Below, one piece after another: positions 40,967 to 54,989 of a stretch of DNA of 64,000 bases. A program made the translations under genes and the position numbers. The notes under the pieces are model-generated. The model worked only from the letters and a program-made list of their open reading frames with translations. It did not search any database and was not told the DNA's origin. The DNA is taken from contig CM052832.1 in assembly GCA_028534125.1 (NCBI GenBank), positions 22,942,001 through 23,006,000 on the forward strand. The letters run 5' to 3'. The DNA is from Lama glama. Lineage: Eukaryota. Every line of letters starts with the position of its first letter. The first letter of the stretch is position 1.

Positions 40967-41890
40967 CTCTTTAAAATAAAAAGTTTGTGACAAAGAGTAG
41001 GATTTTATACAAATTTTCTCAATGGATAGAGAAGATATAATGTGGGATGCTTTAAGTGCTTTCAGAATGACCCACAAGATTTGCCAGAATAAGTGATACT
41101 TTCTAACCTGTGACTATGACCTAGAACCTACGCAGGAAAAACTCAACTTGGACCAGTGACGTGCTAGAGAGAAAGGAAATGTGAAGAGCCAAGGGGTCTT
41201 ATGACAAAGCTGGCAAATTAAAAAAAAAAAAAAAAAGAATAAAGAAAAAGTCAGAAAATCCAGGTGAACATTTGAAATCAGAGAAGCTGAAAAAACAGCC
41301 TTTTCTAGAAGGACCTTTTGTATTGTCTAAAGTGTACTTTAAAATACTTTGGCATACACAATGTGTTACAGTCACAGGCTAGCATTTGTGTATATCCTAG
41401 CGGCAATTGGTTAACGTTGGATGTATTCTCATTAGGATACATACTGTGGCGTGTTCAGTTAGCATTTGAAAGAATAATCAAGGATCTACACTCCAGAGAG
41501 CTACCAGGATCAACGCTCTTGAAGGTTTTACCATTGCTGAAGGGTTTTATAATTAGCATAAGAAATGATGCTCCACTGCTGAAATGAGTTCAAGATTGGC
41601 AGAATATTATATATCATCTATATATTATCATATACCTTTTGCATTTGCTGAACAGAGTGTATGAATCTGAGGGCCATAGCGACCTACAACCTTTGGAAAG
41701 GGCATCCTGGGCCTAGGACACTGGGTTCTATGTTCAGACTCAGAATGATTCTTTTACTGAACTACCTATCTCAATCATGAGGCTGGAACTCTTTCATATC
41801 TGCCTCAAATGAACCTTTTGCCCAAGGCTGGCAGAATGCCTGAAAAGGGGAGAGCCAAGACTTTATGGAATTTAAAAAATGTCTCTACTA

Positions 41891-42003
41891 GAGATGTGGG
41901 TATACCTCAGTGGTAGAGCATGCGCTTGGCAAGCTGAGGTCCTGGGTTCAATCCCCAGTACCTCCATTAAGAAAAAATAAATAAGTAAATAAAGTTAAAA
42001 CAT
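41891..42003 (+). mobile_element. tRNA-Ala-derived camelid SINE (Vic-1-like)
   Basis: A/B boxes CTCAGTGGTAGAGC and GGTTCAATCCCC, then an A-rich tail. 18-bp TSD TAAAAAATGTCTCTACTA / TAAAAAATGTTTCTGCTA. Confidence 0.85.
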
Positions 42004-42267
42004 TAAAAAATGTTTCTGCTAACTTTTAAAAACTTATTTCTTGCCTGCCTGCTAATAAGGCCTACTTGTGTGGCAGAATTCAGCCTGAGACTTGCCTTCT
42101 GAAGCAAGTAACAAGGCTGTCAAGAAGGAGACCCGAAATCCTCATTTATCTCAAGCTAAAATGTTTCTGCTGGTTAAGAAACAAAAACAAAATACAAAAA
42201 TAACAACAACAAAAATTCCAACAGTTGGAAAGGACCAGAAACATTTTTAACTGGAGGCGTACGGTAC

Positions 42268-42825
42268 TGATGCAGCAAAGGACTGCTCTCGCCCAAAGAC
42301 AGGGCTGGCTTTTGTGCTGGCTCCTAGGAGGGACTCTCTAAGTTTTTGAATGTCCCGCCTGATAAGAGTGTTCAAAACTCGGGACACACCAGACAGTACA
42401 GGCTGAAAATGTGATTTACACTATCAGCCCAACCTTTGAAGGGGCTGGTGTCTGAGGTCAGACACACTGGTGGCCAACCATATATATATGATGCTCTAGA
42501 CACCAAGGGTGGGGTGAGCTTCCCCGGTTGTCAATACTCGGTGTGTACTGTCACACACTGTTACTGAGACAAGTACACACTGTCCACACAACTTCAGAGA
42601 GGGTAACTGAAACTGCTTGCTTGCAGCTCTCTCTGGGCCCTGTCCTACGCCCCTCTTCACTTGGCTGACTATAACCTGAATCCTTTGCTGTAGTGAACCA
42701 TAATTCTGAGTCAGTTCTGTGAGCCCTTCTAGCAAACTATTGAAACTGAATGTGGTCTTGATTATCCCTGAATTTGTAACTGATGCCAGAAGTCAAGATG
42801 GTCCTGAGAACTTCCAAATTCTGTA
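42268..42825 (+). mobile_element. MER21-like ERVL LTR
   Basis: CCTGATAAGAGTGT, GGGTGAGCTTCCCCGGTTGTCAATACTC, GTTCTGTGAGCCCTTCTAGCAAACTATTGAA. Confidence 0.7.
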
Positions 42826-44495
42826 GTACCTAAATGAGACATCATTTTATTCCTCCAGAAGCTAAAACGGGATTAAAAGTGGCTCAGACTTAGAGGGAAG
42901 AGGGGGTGAAGGAGGGAGGGAGACGGGGGGAGAGAGAGAGAGAATGAATATGAATGAAAGCACATAAACTGACCAGATCTTTCCCTGCAGGATCTGGAAT
43001 CTCAGAGAAGGGTCTAAAGACTAAGAGAACTGAAAACAGAAAGAACAAATTTAATACTTTAAACCCAAGTTATTAGTGTTGGGTAACATGAAATACTATG
43101 TTCAATTCATCTCAATTGTATATAGATGGAATCATGAATTTCCCTCACCTTTTTTGACTCGCATTATTTTCAGGGAACAGAGATATAAAAGGTGGTCAGA
43201 GTGGGGAAAGTTGCCAATCAGTAAATCATAGGGGCCCCAGAGTCATGGTCTTTGATGGGGACAACTCCCTCTTTTAACCCTAGACATGCGCTTTCTTTCT
43301 GAGCCAACGTAGAGGAGGGGAAAGGAACTGGCTTTCAGCAAATCTGATGACCTCAGCCACTGCCTTTAACCCCAATTCCCAAAGAGCCAAGCTCCTAAGT
43401 TCACACTTTTTATAATGACAAAACAGAATGACAAGTCAAAAAGCACAGCCAGAGCTCTAAGGGTCTCAGCACAGCCAAGGATGCATTTCAAAGTGAGAAG
43501 TGTTTGGGAAACATGACGTTTCTATCATCCTGGAGGTGACAGTCATATAACATCCCAGAGAACAAAGCATCAGTTCATTTCCCCTTCACGATATTCTGCT
43601 TTCCTCCCAAGGGCTTATGTGTACTATACACACCAGCTGATGAAGGACAGGTAGGTGGGCTTCAGTAACCTGTTTTCCTGAAAGCTGAGAAGGTGGCCAT
43701 ATGCAGAGCAGCATCTGTCGCAGGCTCTCGCTGCCTGCTGCCAACAGTGTTGACTCCGCATTGTTTACAGGGCCGCCCTCTGAAATGGAGGCATGCCCCT
43801 GCCCTCTAAGGAGTCAAGCTCCAATTCTCTTTCATTGTGGAACCCACTCCCCTTTGCACAAACGCAAGGCCCTAACAGTCTGATGTCACAACAGACTGTT
43901 TTCAAGAACAGTGTGTTCCAGAGCCAAATAAACACTGCGGAAGAATGACTGGTTTGGCCCACTGGAGCTTCCCTTCTCTGCGGTGATTTCAGAAGACGCA
44001 GAGGCTAGTGGGTCCTTGCTTGGTCCACGTATCTATTTTGTTTGCAGCCTCATCACCTCCAACAACTCACTCAGCAAGCCTTTTCTAAGTCATGAATAAG
44101 CCTCTCATGAAAATCCATTTTGCAAAATTCCAAATTTGCGAATCAAAGAAAGTAGATTTTTGTTTCATTAAAGAAGCAGATCTCTGCAATTTATGGACCT
44201 GAACATTTTCCCAAACTAGGTGATCCCTTGTCATTCGACAACCTGTGAATTTTCTGAGTGCTTTTCACACACTGAGGAAGCAGACAAACACGATGACATT
44301 TGGGCTTAAGTGGGAATCACCATGTTATATGGATCTGTCAAATGAACCTTGATTTTAAGTAGCTTTATTTAGTTTAGTTTAGTAACAATTCAGTTTACCA
44401 AGAATAATTGTAGAAAATACATTTTCCTTTAAGTAAGGTAAGCCTTTCCTTGGGTTCTTGACACCCATTCCTATCAATTTCTGTCTCTATTTCTC

Positions 44496-44599
<104 letters not shown>

Positions 44600-47500
44600 A
44601 ACCTTCCAAAAGTCTACAAAGGAAACCAGACACATTTCCTCATGTTGGACCACAGCTGGATTACATATTATCTCAGGAATCCAAAATGTAATCAGGAGTT
44701 CTACGTAGAAGAGACTGATACCCATCCGTCCCCTCATACACTCATTCTTACTTAAAAGGATATTGATCATTAAGGATAAAATGGTGCAGAAGACTGTTGT
44801 TGTTCTCAGCCCTCATGAAACTTAGTATCTAATGGGGAATATAGAAAATGAATGAGGTATTCAGATCCAGTGTGATATTGTTTGATAAGGAAAGTGTGTG
44901 GTACCTTGGGAATTTACCAGAAAATTTAGCATAAGAAGCTTAGAAGAGGAAGTAATATCTAAGCTGAAACCTCAAGACTGAATAAAAGTTAAGCAAGGGA
45001 AAAAGGAAAGGGAAAACTGTTTCAAAGAGGGGGAACCAAAAGTGAAGGAACACGGGAAATTCGAGAAGTGATACAGATTCTGCTGAGGAGCATCAAGAAA
45101 AGCAGCAGACAAACTGGCACTGGCTGGATGCTGGGTGCCTTAAAGATAGGAAACTAGGTTGGGAACATAACACTGAACAGAGAATTCATCACAGAGATGT
45201 GGCCCTGTTACTAAAAAACAGGGCCACAAGTTCGGATTATGACCAACAGAAGGACTAGCTTGATACTAAGCTAGATCTCCTAACATGATTCCTTCATATT
45301 CTGTGTCCTCAATAACAAAGTGTGGCATAAGGCTCAGCCTAGAGAGTGGAAGACTCAGTTCCAAAGATAAGAAAGGTTTGAGAGACAGAAGGTCATCAAT
45401 TAATTCAATGATCCATTCATTCTTTCCTGCATTTATTCATTGAACATTCATTCACAGAGGGGGCCTTTGAGGAAAGCATCCATTTTGCTCAGTAATTCAA
45501 TGCATGTATGTAGGTGAAAGAACAGATTACAGAACACCTAAAAAAACAAATACATATACAGGTCACATGCCTGACACAATGTCAGCAATTGACAAACAGA
45601 TAATCAAGCAATGTTAATAGCCAAAATGGCCTGACTTCACTAGCTGAGAATATTCTAGAATACAAATGTCAGGATCAGCCTAACAACAAGTGTACTTATT
45701 AAGCATTATTTTATCAGTCTGCCACCAGTGTATTTTTTAAGAACCTACTATTTATTATAAGGCAGACTAAGAGGTAATGTTGGAGAATTAAAGGCTGAGA
45801 AATGCTGCCTCTCATTTCATGAGATTATAGTCAACTTGTAAGTTATCTATACATACATGATAGAATAAGTGTCAGTGTCTACACAATGGATAGAGTTCAC
45901 AGAGGCTGAGGTCTGTCAGGAGAGGCTCTATAGAGAAGGGGGACTGGACCTAGGAGTACTGAGATGAGAAGCTATAGCGTTTGGTGGTGGCAGTCTTACA
46001 GACCTGTAGGTGACTGCTAGTAAGATGGTGTCCTTTTGCTTTCTTTTAATAAGGAAACAGTCCAAAGCCAATCATATGTTTGGATCCTGATTCAAGATGC
46101 CAACAGGCACATCACTATCAACCTGTTCCTGTGGCTCCCAGACTTTCCAAGTCTCCAACCGATTGTCATGATCAGACCCAGCAAACCAATGCTGTTTTTT
46201 TAAATAAATGCTTTGTAGTTACTCCTCACCTATTCTAAATCATTTTCTTAGTTCAAGAAACAGATGGTTAGGTGTTTCTCTTCCTCCCCCAACCAATGCT
46301 CAGAAACCTCTGAGGTAAAAATAGCTTCCTACAGTTTCAAGCTATCATGACTTTTAGGTGCCATTTTAGAGGCATTCTTACTCCCCTGGAGACTTTCAGT
46401 TGATGGGGTAGTTTACTGGTACCCTGAAATTTACTCAACCTACTCTTGTGAGGACCTGTCTCTCACAGGCCAGTGAAACTAGGGACACTTTCTGAATCAA
46501 AGGTAAGCTCCTAGAGGGCAGCTGTGGCTCGTATATATTCTTCAGTGAGATCTCTAGAAGATTCTCTATTTTGACGTCTGTCAGAGATCTACTCTCAGGT
46601 GTCTAGCAATTACTAGTCTTGAACTCAGAATCATCCATATGCTTTATTGACAGGTCCGCATCAATTCCTCCCCCATTCATTCCCCTCTAAAGGCCATACT
46701 GGAGAGTGTCCAAGTCTCATACTCCATCCCCACTACGATAAAGTCTCAATGCTATTGTTGATTCTGACTTGACATTTAAGGAGCATCTGAGCCCTGCTTT
46801 GCCTACAGTCTTTTACTTTCTCATGAATATTTCCTAAGCTAGTCCTCTCCCCTGACATGCAGGCAGAGAGACGTAAGTACTTTTATCCACCATGTCTCAG
46901 CATTTAGTGTTTAATATTTTACATGCACAGATTTCAAGACAAATCTACAAACAGCAGCAGCTAGATCTTTAGTGGGAAAAAAGTCTATAGTTAGGGCAGC
47001 AATTCTGTATTTCAGAATACTATCAGTAAAGTATATTTTGAATCATTAAGAACTCCAGGAGAAGAAAATGTATAATACCATTTTGGGGATAGAGTACAAG
47101 GAGGATAAAATTTAATGAACCTTCATTTTATGTAAATACAACAAAGCTTTGGATTTATAGAACTGATAACACCAGGGAACTCATTTAATTTTATATAACC
47201 CAAGGTCCCAAACTTAAGGAATTCATCTGTTAAAGTTATTGCTCTGTTGGACTAAGGGCCAGTAACCTTGTAAAATATGTATGCCAAGACACCAACTCTG
47301 AGTGGCAGGGAGCAGATGGCAGTTTCAGCTGAGGCACTACAGGAGGGAATGGCTTTCTCATAAATGGGAGTGGGTGGGCTCAACTTGCAACAATTCTCCT
47401 ATTGTAAATAAGTAAAGGGACACATGAGTTTCTCACTCTTAATGCAGTTTAACTCGTCAGAAAGCTATCTGCAGGGGCTGGTCCCATGAAGGAAGCAGGC

Positions 47501-47784
47501 ATAGGGAATCCAGGATGTCCTCCAGGAACGCATAAAAGGGAGGTGAAATCGTTCCAAACACGACTGATCCCAGGTGAAGACGGTAATTTTGTACAGACCC
47601 AGGAGTTAAGGGTAACATTAAAAAAAAAAACAACAGATAAATCAAGATGCAAAGGCTAACAATGGGGTTAAAATGAGAGGAGCCAGAAGATCAAGCTAGA
47701 GGGTTGTTTAGGAGAGCAACAAAGTAGGGCAAAGTGCAGGGCAAAGATTTCAGCTCTTCACATCTTTTACTTCTGTTTTAGCAT

Positions 47785-48281
47785 CATACTAATTAGTCAG
47801 GCATTGAGTCCGAGATGAGACAGCTGGCATACTCAAACTAGAGTAATCTGACGAGGGCATAATGAACTATTTACAAATACATGGGTGAGATGTAGGAAAC
47901 TCTCAAGGAAGAGCACAACAACCTGCTGGAATTAAGAGCAGAGCCACTCTCACTCGCGGACCCAAAGAAGTGAGACATGGGGGTGGCCAATGGTACTCAG
48001 AAGAAAAAAATAGTGATTAGAAGGCCACCTTGAGACCCTAAGACCTTGAGACCCTAAGCTGAGGGACAGAGACAACTTTGAAGTACCTTCTCAGGGAGGA
48101 AGCTAGAGGAATAAATATCCAGACCTAAATCTCCCGTCTCCTATCAAGGCTCTCCATTGACTGAACCCAACTAGAAACCAGAGAGCACGGGAGCTGGTCT
48201 GTGCGGCTCCTATAAACCAGCCTCCCACTGTACAGGGCAGGGTGGAGAAACACGGAGAGGGAAGGCAGAGAATCCAGCAGA
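47785..48281 (-). mobile_element. ERVL LTR (LTR33/LTR41-like)
   Basis: CTCCATTGACTGAACCCAACTAGAAACCAGAGAGCACGGGAGC...CAGCCTCCC...GGGCAGGGTGGAGAA...ATCCAGCAGA. Contains a 16-bp tandem duplication ACCTTGAGACCCTAAG x2 at 48027-48058. Confidence 0.6.
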
Positions 48282-49944
48282 AGCTATCTACTTTTAAGTA
48301 TCAGCCCCCCATTTGTAAATGGGCAGTATACCAAGGAAAATCATCCCAAAATACCTCAACCCAGGGAAGAAGGCTGGAGTCTCCGAAAGCCTCGAGGAGC
48401 GTGTTGGATTCAATCGATCCAACGTATTTTCTCAAAAAGTTAATAAAATTTATTCTGCACTCAGTGCTCTGGAAACCAAAGAGACCGACATACTTCTTGT
48501 TTCCAACAATCTTACAACCAAGTTTGTTCATATGATTAAACAAATATTTGTTGAATTGCTAAGATTTGTTAAAAACAGAGATACACTGCATCTGTGCCTT
48601 CAGAGACTAAAAGCAGCTCAACAGGTCAACCAGATGAACAGCGAGCTGCAGCGCTGCTTCTTAGCAAAACCAGCCCCCTTCCTTTCTGTGGTGCACCTCA
48701 CCTTCTTACAAGGGTGTTTCCAAATTCTGAAGCCATGGGCTCCTTTGTGGCTTTGTTCTAATTTGCTCTTTCTTTACCTCTCTTTGTAAGTCTGCCATGT
48801 TCCTCTTTAAAAACATATATTGGATATCTCCCTGATTCAAGTGCAGCGTAATGAAACACCCTGGTGTGGGCCATCAGAGGACCAACTGAGAAAGCAAAGG
48901 CTGGGGCAAAAAAATAATAATAAAATGCTACCGTAAGTATTTTTAAAAAATTCAACAGGAGACAGTAGGCTTGGATTTTACATGTGTCCGTGGTACTAAC
49001 TTAAAGTGCATGGAGCAAGACTTCTCTGTGCCTCAGTTTCCTTCTCTCTTATCTACATGATGCACTTTAATTAGATCAGTAAGGTCTCCTTCAGCCGTAA
49101 AACCTTCTGTGGTTCTCACGTGGTTAGAGAAATTGTGACTTTTTACAAAGGGAGCGCCAGACTTTCTATTTTGAGTATTCTCCTAGGATATCTGCACAGG
49201 GTTATTATTACTTTAAGCTCTGTCCCCAGTCTCCGAGATCAGGAATCCCAATGTCATTTCCTCTATTTTTCCCATAGCTGAACTTCTACTTCTGTGACTT
49301 CTATAATCCCCTTGGTTAAAGTGTTTTCCCTCTTGCCCTCTAAGCCACCTGCTAACTGGCGTGTGATGGAGCACCCCACCTGTACGACACCTCTCTCCTG
49401 CTAATAAATGACACAAATTAAAATGATCACACTTACCATATATTCCACTTGAGATTAAATAAGGGAATGTTTTATTCTGCCTAAGTATCTTCCAGCTGTA
49501 GGAAGAAAATGTTAATCAGACATTAAAGATGCCAAGAAAAATAAATTCAATATGTAAATAGCTACTTTGAGTAATTAGCTATTTACTATTTAATAAATGC
49601 TAAATAAGATCTCCCAGTTCACCGTAATACTGGAGAAAAAAGTACTTCGAAGGGCACCATCACAGGTTAGTGTTGACAAGAGCCCACAGCCCCACTGAAA
49701 CATCTGAAAGTTTCATCAGGTTCCTGTGGCAGGAAAAGAGCCCAGGATCAGAGCTTGAAGAGCACTGGTCTGGGTGGTAAGAGAGGAACCGACAGGACCG
49801 CGCTTTCACACGACAGAGTGAGATGTTCAAATACGAGATGATATCAGAAGCCTTAACAGTTATACCAAACTCCTGGGGGAACAATGAATGGGTTTGAATC
49901 CTGAAAACGGTCATTACTTGGATGCAAAAGGCAAGTGTTACCTT

Positions 49945-50300
49945 TTTGCCACCAATGTGGGTGAGCATCATTCAATCTGCTGAAGGCCCAAATAGACAAA
50001 AAGGCAGGGGAAGAGTGACTTTTCTCTCTGTGTGAGCTGAGACATCCACCTTCTCCTGCCTTTCCATACTGGTGCTCCCGGTTCTCCAGCTCTCTGACTC
50101 CAGTCAAGACTGGCACCATCAGCCCATCAATTCCCAGGCCTGCCAACTGGCACTGAATTACACCACTGGTTTTTCCAGCTTGCCGACGACAGATGGTAGG
50201 ACTTCTCGGTCTCCATAACTGTGTGAGCAAATTCCCATAATAAATCTCCTCATATATTTATCCCATTGGTTCTGTTTCCCCAGACAGCCCTGACTAGTAA
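49945..50300 (+). mobile_element. MLT2-type ERVL LTR, 3' part
   Basis: AATGTGGGTGAGCATCATTCAATC, GGACTTCTCGGTCTCCATAACTGTGTGAGC, AATAAATCTCC, CCCATTGGTTCTGTTTC..CCCTGACTA. Confidence 0.85.
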
Positions 50301-50899
50301 CCTGGGGCTGCATGTCACAAAATCGCAAATAAAGGAAGTTAAACTAAGAGTTACAGCTTAACCAGAGATTTTTACAAACGGAAGTGGCCACAAGGTTGAG
50401 AGGCAGTCTCAATAGCCCATCTCGATGCCAAGATCTCAGTGGAGATGCAGACCTGCTGTCTGTGGGTCACCCCAAGTGTGAAGAGCTTTGCATTCAGTGA
50501 TCTCTTTAAAGAAGGACACCCCCCTCCCCGAGTACTCCCTTCAAGAACTGTTCTCGGTATGTTATGAAGCACACAACCCCACAGATGTTCGGGTGACGAC
50601 CTGTCGAGCTGACATGTCTCTTTGCTCCTCGTATTTTCTTCTCAGAGGAGGCACACAAAACTAAACTAGATTAAGCTATTTGTCTCCCTAAAGCAACTGT
50701 GTATATTACTTGGCTCTAGAACTGAAGGCACTATTTAGAAAAAGGTTTTTCTCTCTTTCAGGCTCCTGCTTCCCCTTCCCCGGACATTTTCCCCACCAGG
50801 TACTGTTGGACCCTCCCCGGGCCCAAAGCTGTTATTAAGAAACCCCCATTTTACAATGTGAATTCACATTAAGCCCTATTTCCAGGTGTGGAAGAAGGA

Positions 50900-51130
50900 A
50901 ACTGGGGAGACAGTGTGCATAGTGGTTATACTCAGACTCCAGAGCCAAAATGCCACTCAGTAATTTGCTCAACTTCTGTCTCAGAGACCTCCAAGTATAA
51001 GATAAGTAGATGCAATTATAGTACCTACTTCACAGATCTGCAGTGAGTACAGGAGTCTCTACATACGAGTATTTAGAAATGTGCCTGGCACAAAGCGAGC
51101 AATTAGTAAGTACTAGCCACTATTATTTTT
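50900..51130 (+). mobile_element. MIR SINE
   Basis: CAGACTCCAGAGCCA...ATAGTACCTACTTCACAG...GTGCCTGGCACA...TATTATT. Confidence 0.65.
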
Positions 51131-51149
51131 AATTTTATCATTTACTCAT

Positions 51150-52400
51150 GATAAAAATTTTTTAAATGGAGAAAAGAAGACAATGAAAACCATGTTTATT
51201 CCAAACACCCAAAGATATCCATTGTCAATATTTTGGTATACTTAGCTGTTTACCAGTATTTGGTATATACACAGATATGTTTACATTTTTAAATTTTTTA
51301 AATGGTACCATATTATACACTTTTTGTTTCCTCTTTTTACTTAATACTATTTTCTAAGTTCTTAGTATTCCTCAAAGACATGATTATAATGGGTATATCA
51401 TATGCTACCATCTGGCTATGGTATGATTTATTTTATCATTCCCTGACTACTGAGTCTTTAGATCATTTTCCATTTTCCACTATTACAAATAATGCTGCAG
51501 CAAAGAGGTTTCACTTTTTCTTGCTGCTTCTCTTTTATCCAATTCCATTCCCCTCTCCTGAGATACCTATTCTCAAATATTTAAGGTATGTATATTCAGT
51601 TTCATTTTCAGGCCCTTATTCTTACATGTGTATCTATGAAAACATATGTCATTCTGTGTAATTTTAAAATATATATAAATTTTATTTTGCTACTAATTTC
51701 ACATTTCTTATCTTTAATCGCTGCAGCCTTATGTTTTTTAAATCTGCCCATGTTTCTGTGTATAGATTTAGTTTATTTCTCTTGTATATTATTCCTTTTG
51801 TGCATATTCTGCATTTTACCTCTCTATTCTTCACAAGGTGGTCACCTACAGTACCTCCAATTCTTTGCTTCCATCAATAGTACTGTAACAAAATACCTCA
51901 TCTTTGTACAGGTTCTCATGCAGAAAAATATTTGTACCGGATTTCCCCACGGGGAAAAATCCAAAGGAGAACTGCTGAATCACAGGGCACTGGAAACTTA
52001 CTCTCACTACTGAAGTGTTCTTCAAAGCGGCTGAACCAGCCCTCATGACAATTACCAGTGACTGACGATACAAGCCTCTCCACAAGCCCACCAGCATTTG
52101 ATGTTGCTCACATTTATTTTTGCCTATCACATAGACACAAGCTAGTATTCAGCTTCACTTTTATGTATTTCTTTATCGATGAGGCTGAACATCTCTTATT
52201 ACTTTTCTCAGCTATTTAGGTTTCTCTTTCGTAAATTGATTATTTCATTTGCCCCTTTTTCTATAGAATTTTCTCTCTCTTGTGTATTTTATAACTATTT
52301 TCTTACCTATTTTAGATTAATACTTTATCAGGTATGCTGTAAATATCTTCTTGTGATCAAGAACCCAGCCAAACTCTATTTTAAATAATTTATACTTGTC
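51150..52400 (-). mobile_element. Old L1M(E) fragments
   Basis: T-rich reversed L1 motifs (TTTTCCACTATTACAAATAATGCTGC; GATGAGGCTGAACATCT; TCATTTGCCCCTTTTTCTAT). Confidence 0.65.
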
Positions 52401-52515
52401 TATTATTGAAAAAAATCCTAGTTAGTGGAGGAGATGGTATTGGAAGTTAACAGACAGGTAGCTCCCTTGTTTCCTTGCCTTTCCAGACCACTAAAACACT
52501 CTGTTCTCTTGAAAC

Positions 52516-52950
52516 TTTGCCATTGGCATTTGCAACAACACGAATGGACCTAAAGGTGAAATAAGTGAAACAAGTCAGACAGAGAAAGACAAATATTGTA
52601 TGATTTCACTTATATGTGGAATCTAAGAAACAAAACAAACAAAACAGAAACAGGCTCACAGATACAGAGAACAAACTGGTGTTTGCCAGAGGGGATATGG
52701 GTAGGGCGGGGGGGGGGCAATCAAAACAGATGAAGGGGATTAAGAGGTAAAAACTTCCAGTTATAAAATAACTGTCACAGGGATGCAGGGTTCAGCACAG
52801 GGAAAACAGTCCATAGTATTGTAACAACTTTGGTGACAAATGGTAACTAGGCTTACGGTGATGATTTTGTAATGTATGAAAATATCAAATCACTATGTTT
52901 TACACCTGAAACTAACACAATATTGTAAATCAATTATAATCCAATAAAAT
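52516..52950 (+). mobile_element. L1 ORF2 end and 3'UTR fragment
   Basis: CATTTGCAACAACACGAATGGACCTA...AAGTCAGACAGAGAAAGACAAATATTGTATGATTTCACTTATATGTGGAATCTAA...TACACCTGAAACTAA. Confidence 0.85.
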
Positions 52951-53755
52951 ATTCTATTCTTATATTTCTAGGATTTTATTTTTCAAACAGAAAATCATCT
53001 TTTTTTTCTACTGTTTTATGTTATAATTCATAGAATTAGTAGTAATGGCAATCAATAGTCATAATATGGCCTTTATTGCAAACATTCTGCATAAGAAAAA
53101 TTCCATACATGGGAATCTGTAATAAATATATCCTTGGCATATTATGGCTTTTAGGTGAGAGAAATAGATTATCTAGATTTTTTCCAAGTCATCTGTGTTC
53201 TTAAATAATAATTGTTTCTTCTCATACCTATTATTTTATGTCCATCTTAATTTTCTCTTCTATCCCTACTTACCTTATTCTTTAAAGTTTAGTGTTTAGA
53301 AAAATGGTCAGCTGACAAGAGTATGTCGAGCCCTCATTTGCCACAGCCTCTCACAGTTCTGGGAGAAGATCAGAGCAGTCACAGGCGTCCCAGAGATAGG
53401 CAAGAGAGTCGCACGTAACCCTAGCAGGGGGCCACAGCAGCAACACTGCACGGGCTCCACTCTTACTTGCACACTCAGCCCCTGCACACAGCTCAGGCAC
53501 ACAGCGTCATCCAGTCTATGCTAGGGTGAGGCTGGGATACTCTACAGAGGGTTACTGAACAGAAATGGAGACTCAAGACCAACGAGTGCTTTAAAGTGTG
53601 TGTATAAACTGTTCAGGATGCGTGAGGGCACGGTGGTGTTTTTCCCTCGCAGATAAAGCTTCCTTTCATGTGGAGGGATATAAATTGGAGTCATGTTTCT
53701 GGCCTGCAACCCTACACTCTGCTTGTCAGCAGGAAGGGAAGTGGCCTACTTGTGA

Positions 53756-54255
53756 NNNNNNNNNNNNNNNNNNNNNNNNNNNNNNNNNNNNNNNNNNNNN
53801 NNNNNNNNNNNNNNNNNNNNNNNNNNNNNNNNNNNNNNNNNNNNNNNNNNNNNNNNNNNNNNNNNNNNNNNNNNNNNNNNNNNNNNNNNNNNNNNNNNNN
53901 NNNNNNNNNNNNNNNNNNNNNNNNNNNNNNNNNNNNNNNNNNNNNNNNNNNNNNNNNNNNNNNNNNNNNNNNNNNNNNNNNNNNNNNNNNNNNNNNNNNN
54001 NNNNNNNNNNNNNNNNNNNNNNNNNNNNNNNNNNNNNNNNNNNNNNNNNNNNNNNNNNNNNNNNNNNNNNNNNNNNNNNNNNNNNNNNNNNNNNNNNNNN
54101 NNNNNNNNNNNNNNNNNNNNNNNNNNNNNNNNNNNNNNNNNNNNNNNNNNNNNNNNNNNNNNNNNNNNNNNNNNNNNNNNNNNNNNNNNNNNNNNNNNNN
54201 NNNNNNNNNNNNNNNNNNNNNNNNNNNNNNNNNNNNNNNNNNNNNNNNNNNNNNN
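53756..54255. other. Assembly gap (exactly 500 N)
   Basis: Directly visible. The round size suggests a placeholder scaffold join of unknown true length. Confidence 0.99.
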
Positions 54256-54639
54256 TCACCAAATTATCTTTATCACATTTCTCAGTGAATGACCTAAAAG
54301 GTTTATACTAGCTATTTCCATGATTTGGTCTTTGGTTTCTCACATCACTGTAGATATGAGACATCTGAGATGGCAGCAAGAAATTTTGACCTTCACGTTT
54401 TATTCAATTTATATTTCTCTCAAATATTTATGTTTAGCAGTATTCCTAGGTCATCGAAAATAGACATTAGTCAATTGACAAAGACTGTATAGAAAAAAGG
54501 AAACAAAGCTGAAAACGCAGCAAAGACTCTAAACAATGTAACAGTAGTTCTTGCTTATTTTGAAAGGTATTCTTTCCCAGTGACTTGAGGTTTGCCATAT
54601 TAGGAATGATCTAAATTCAATGTGATCATGGGAATAACC

Positions 54640-54771
54640 TAAGACGAGACAGAAACATTACACTTCCTTTCTGGCTACCCTCAAATATCACTGGCTACTG
54701 AATAGTAAGATGAGACAGAAACATTACACTTCCTTTCTGGCTACCCTCAAATATCACTGGCTGCTGAATAG
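54640..54771. repeat. 66-bp tandem duplication (2 copies, 2 mismatches)
   Basis: TAAGA(C/T)GAGACAGAAACATTACACTTCCTTTCTGGCTACCCTCAAATATCACTGGCT(A/G)CTGAATAG at 54640-54705 and 54706-54771. Confidence 0.97.
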
Positions 54772-54989
54772 TCAGAAAGCAAAGATGAAGGATATCTGAG
54801 ATGGGCAGTGTGATCATGATGCGGTATAAGCATCTAATCAAGGAGGGCAACTTCTGAAAGTTTTAAGTATTAAGCTTAGAACAATCTTCCTGACAGAGTA
54901 TCAATTACTCTGACACTCAATGTTACATAGAAAGGGTGAGAGTAAGGTGCTATTCTAAATGGCTTTAGACATGAATTGAGTCTGTAAGA

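Noticed and set aside
41891..41967. tRNA-Ala-like sequences here and at 59525-59599
   Set aside because: The anticodon arm is damaged and each has an A-rich tail and TSD, so these are SINEs rather than tRNA genes.
53598..54311. Longest ORFs in the track (178-237 aa)
   Set aside because: Artefacts of translating through the N gap.
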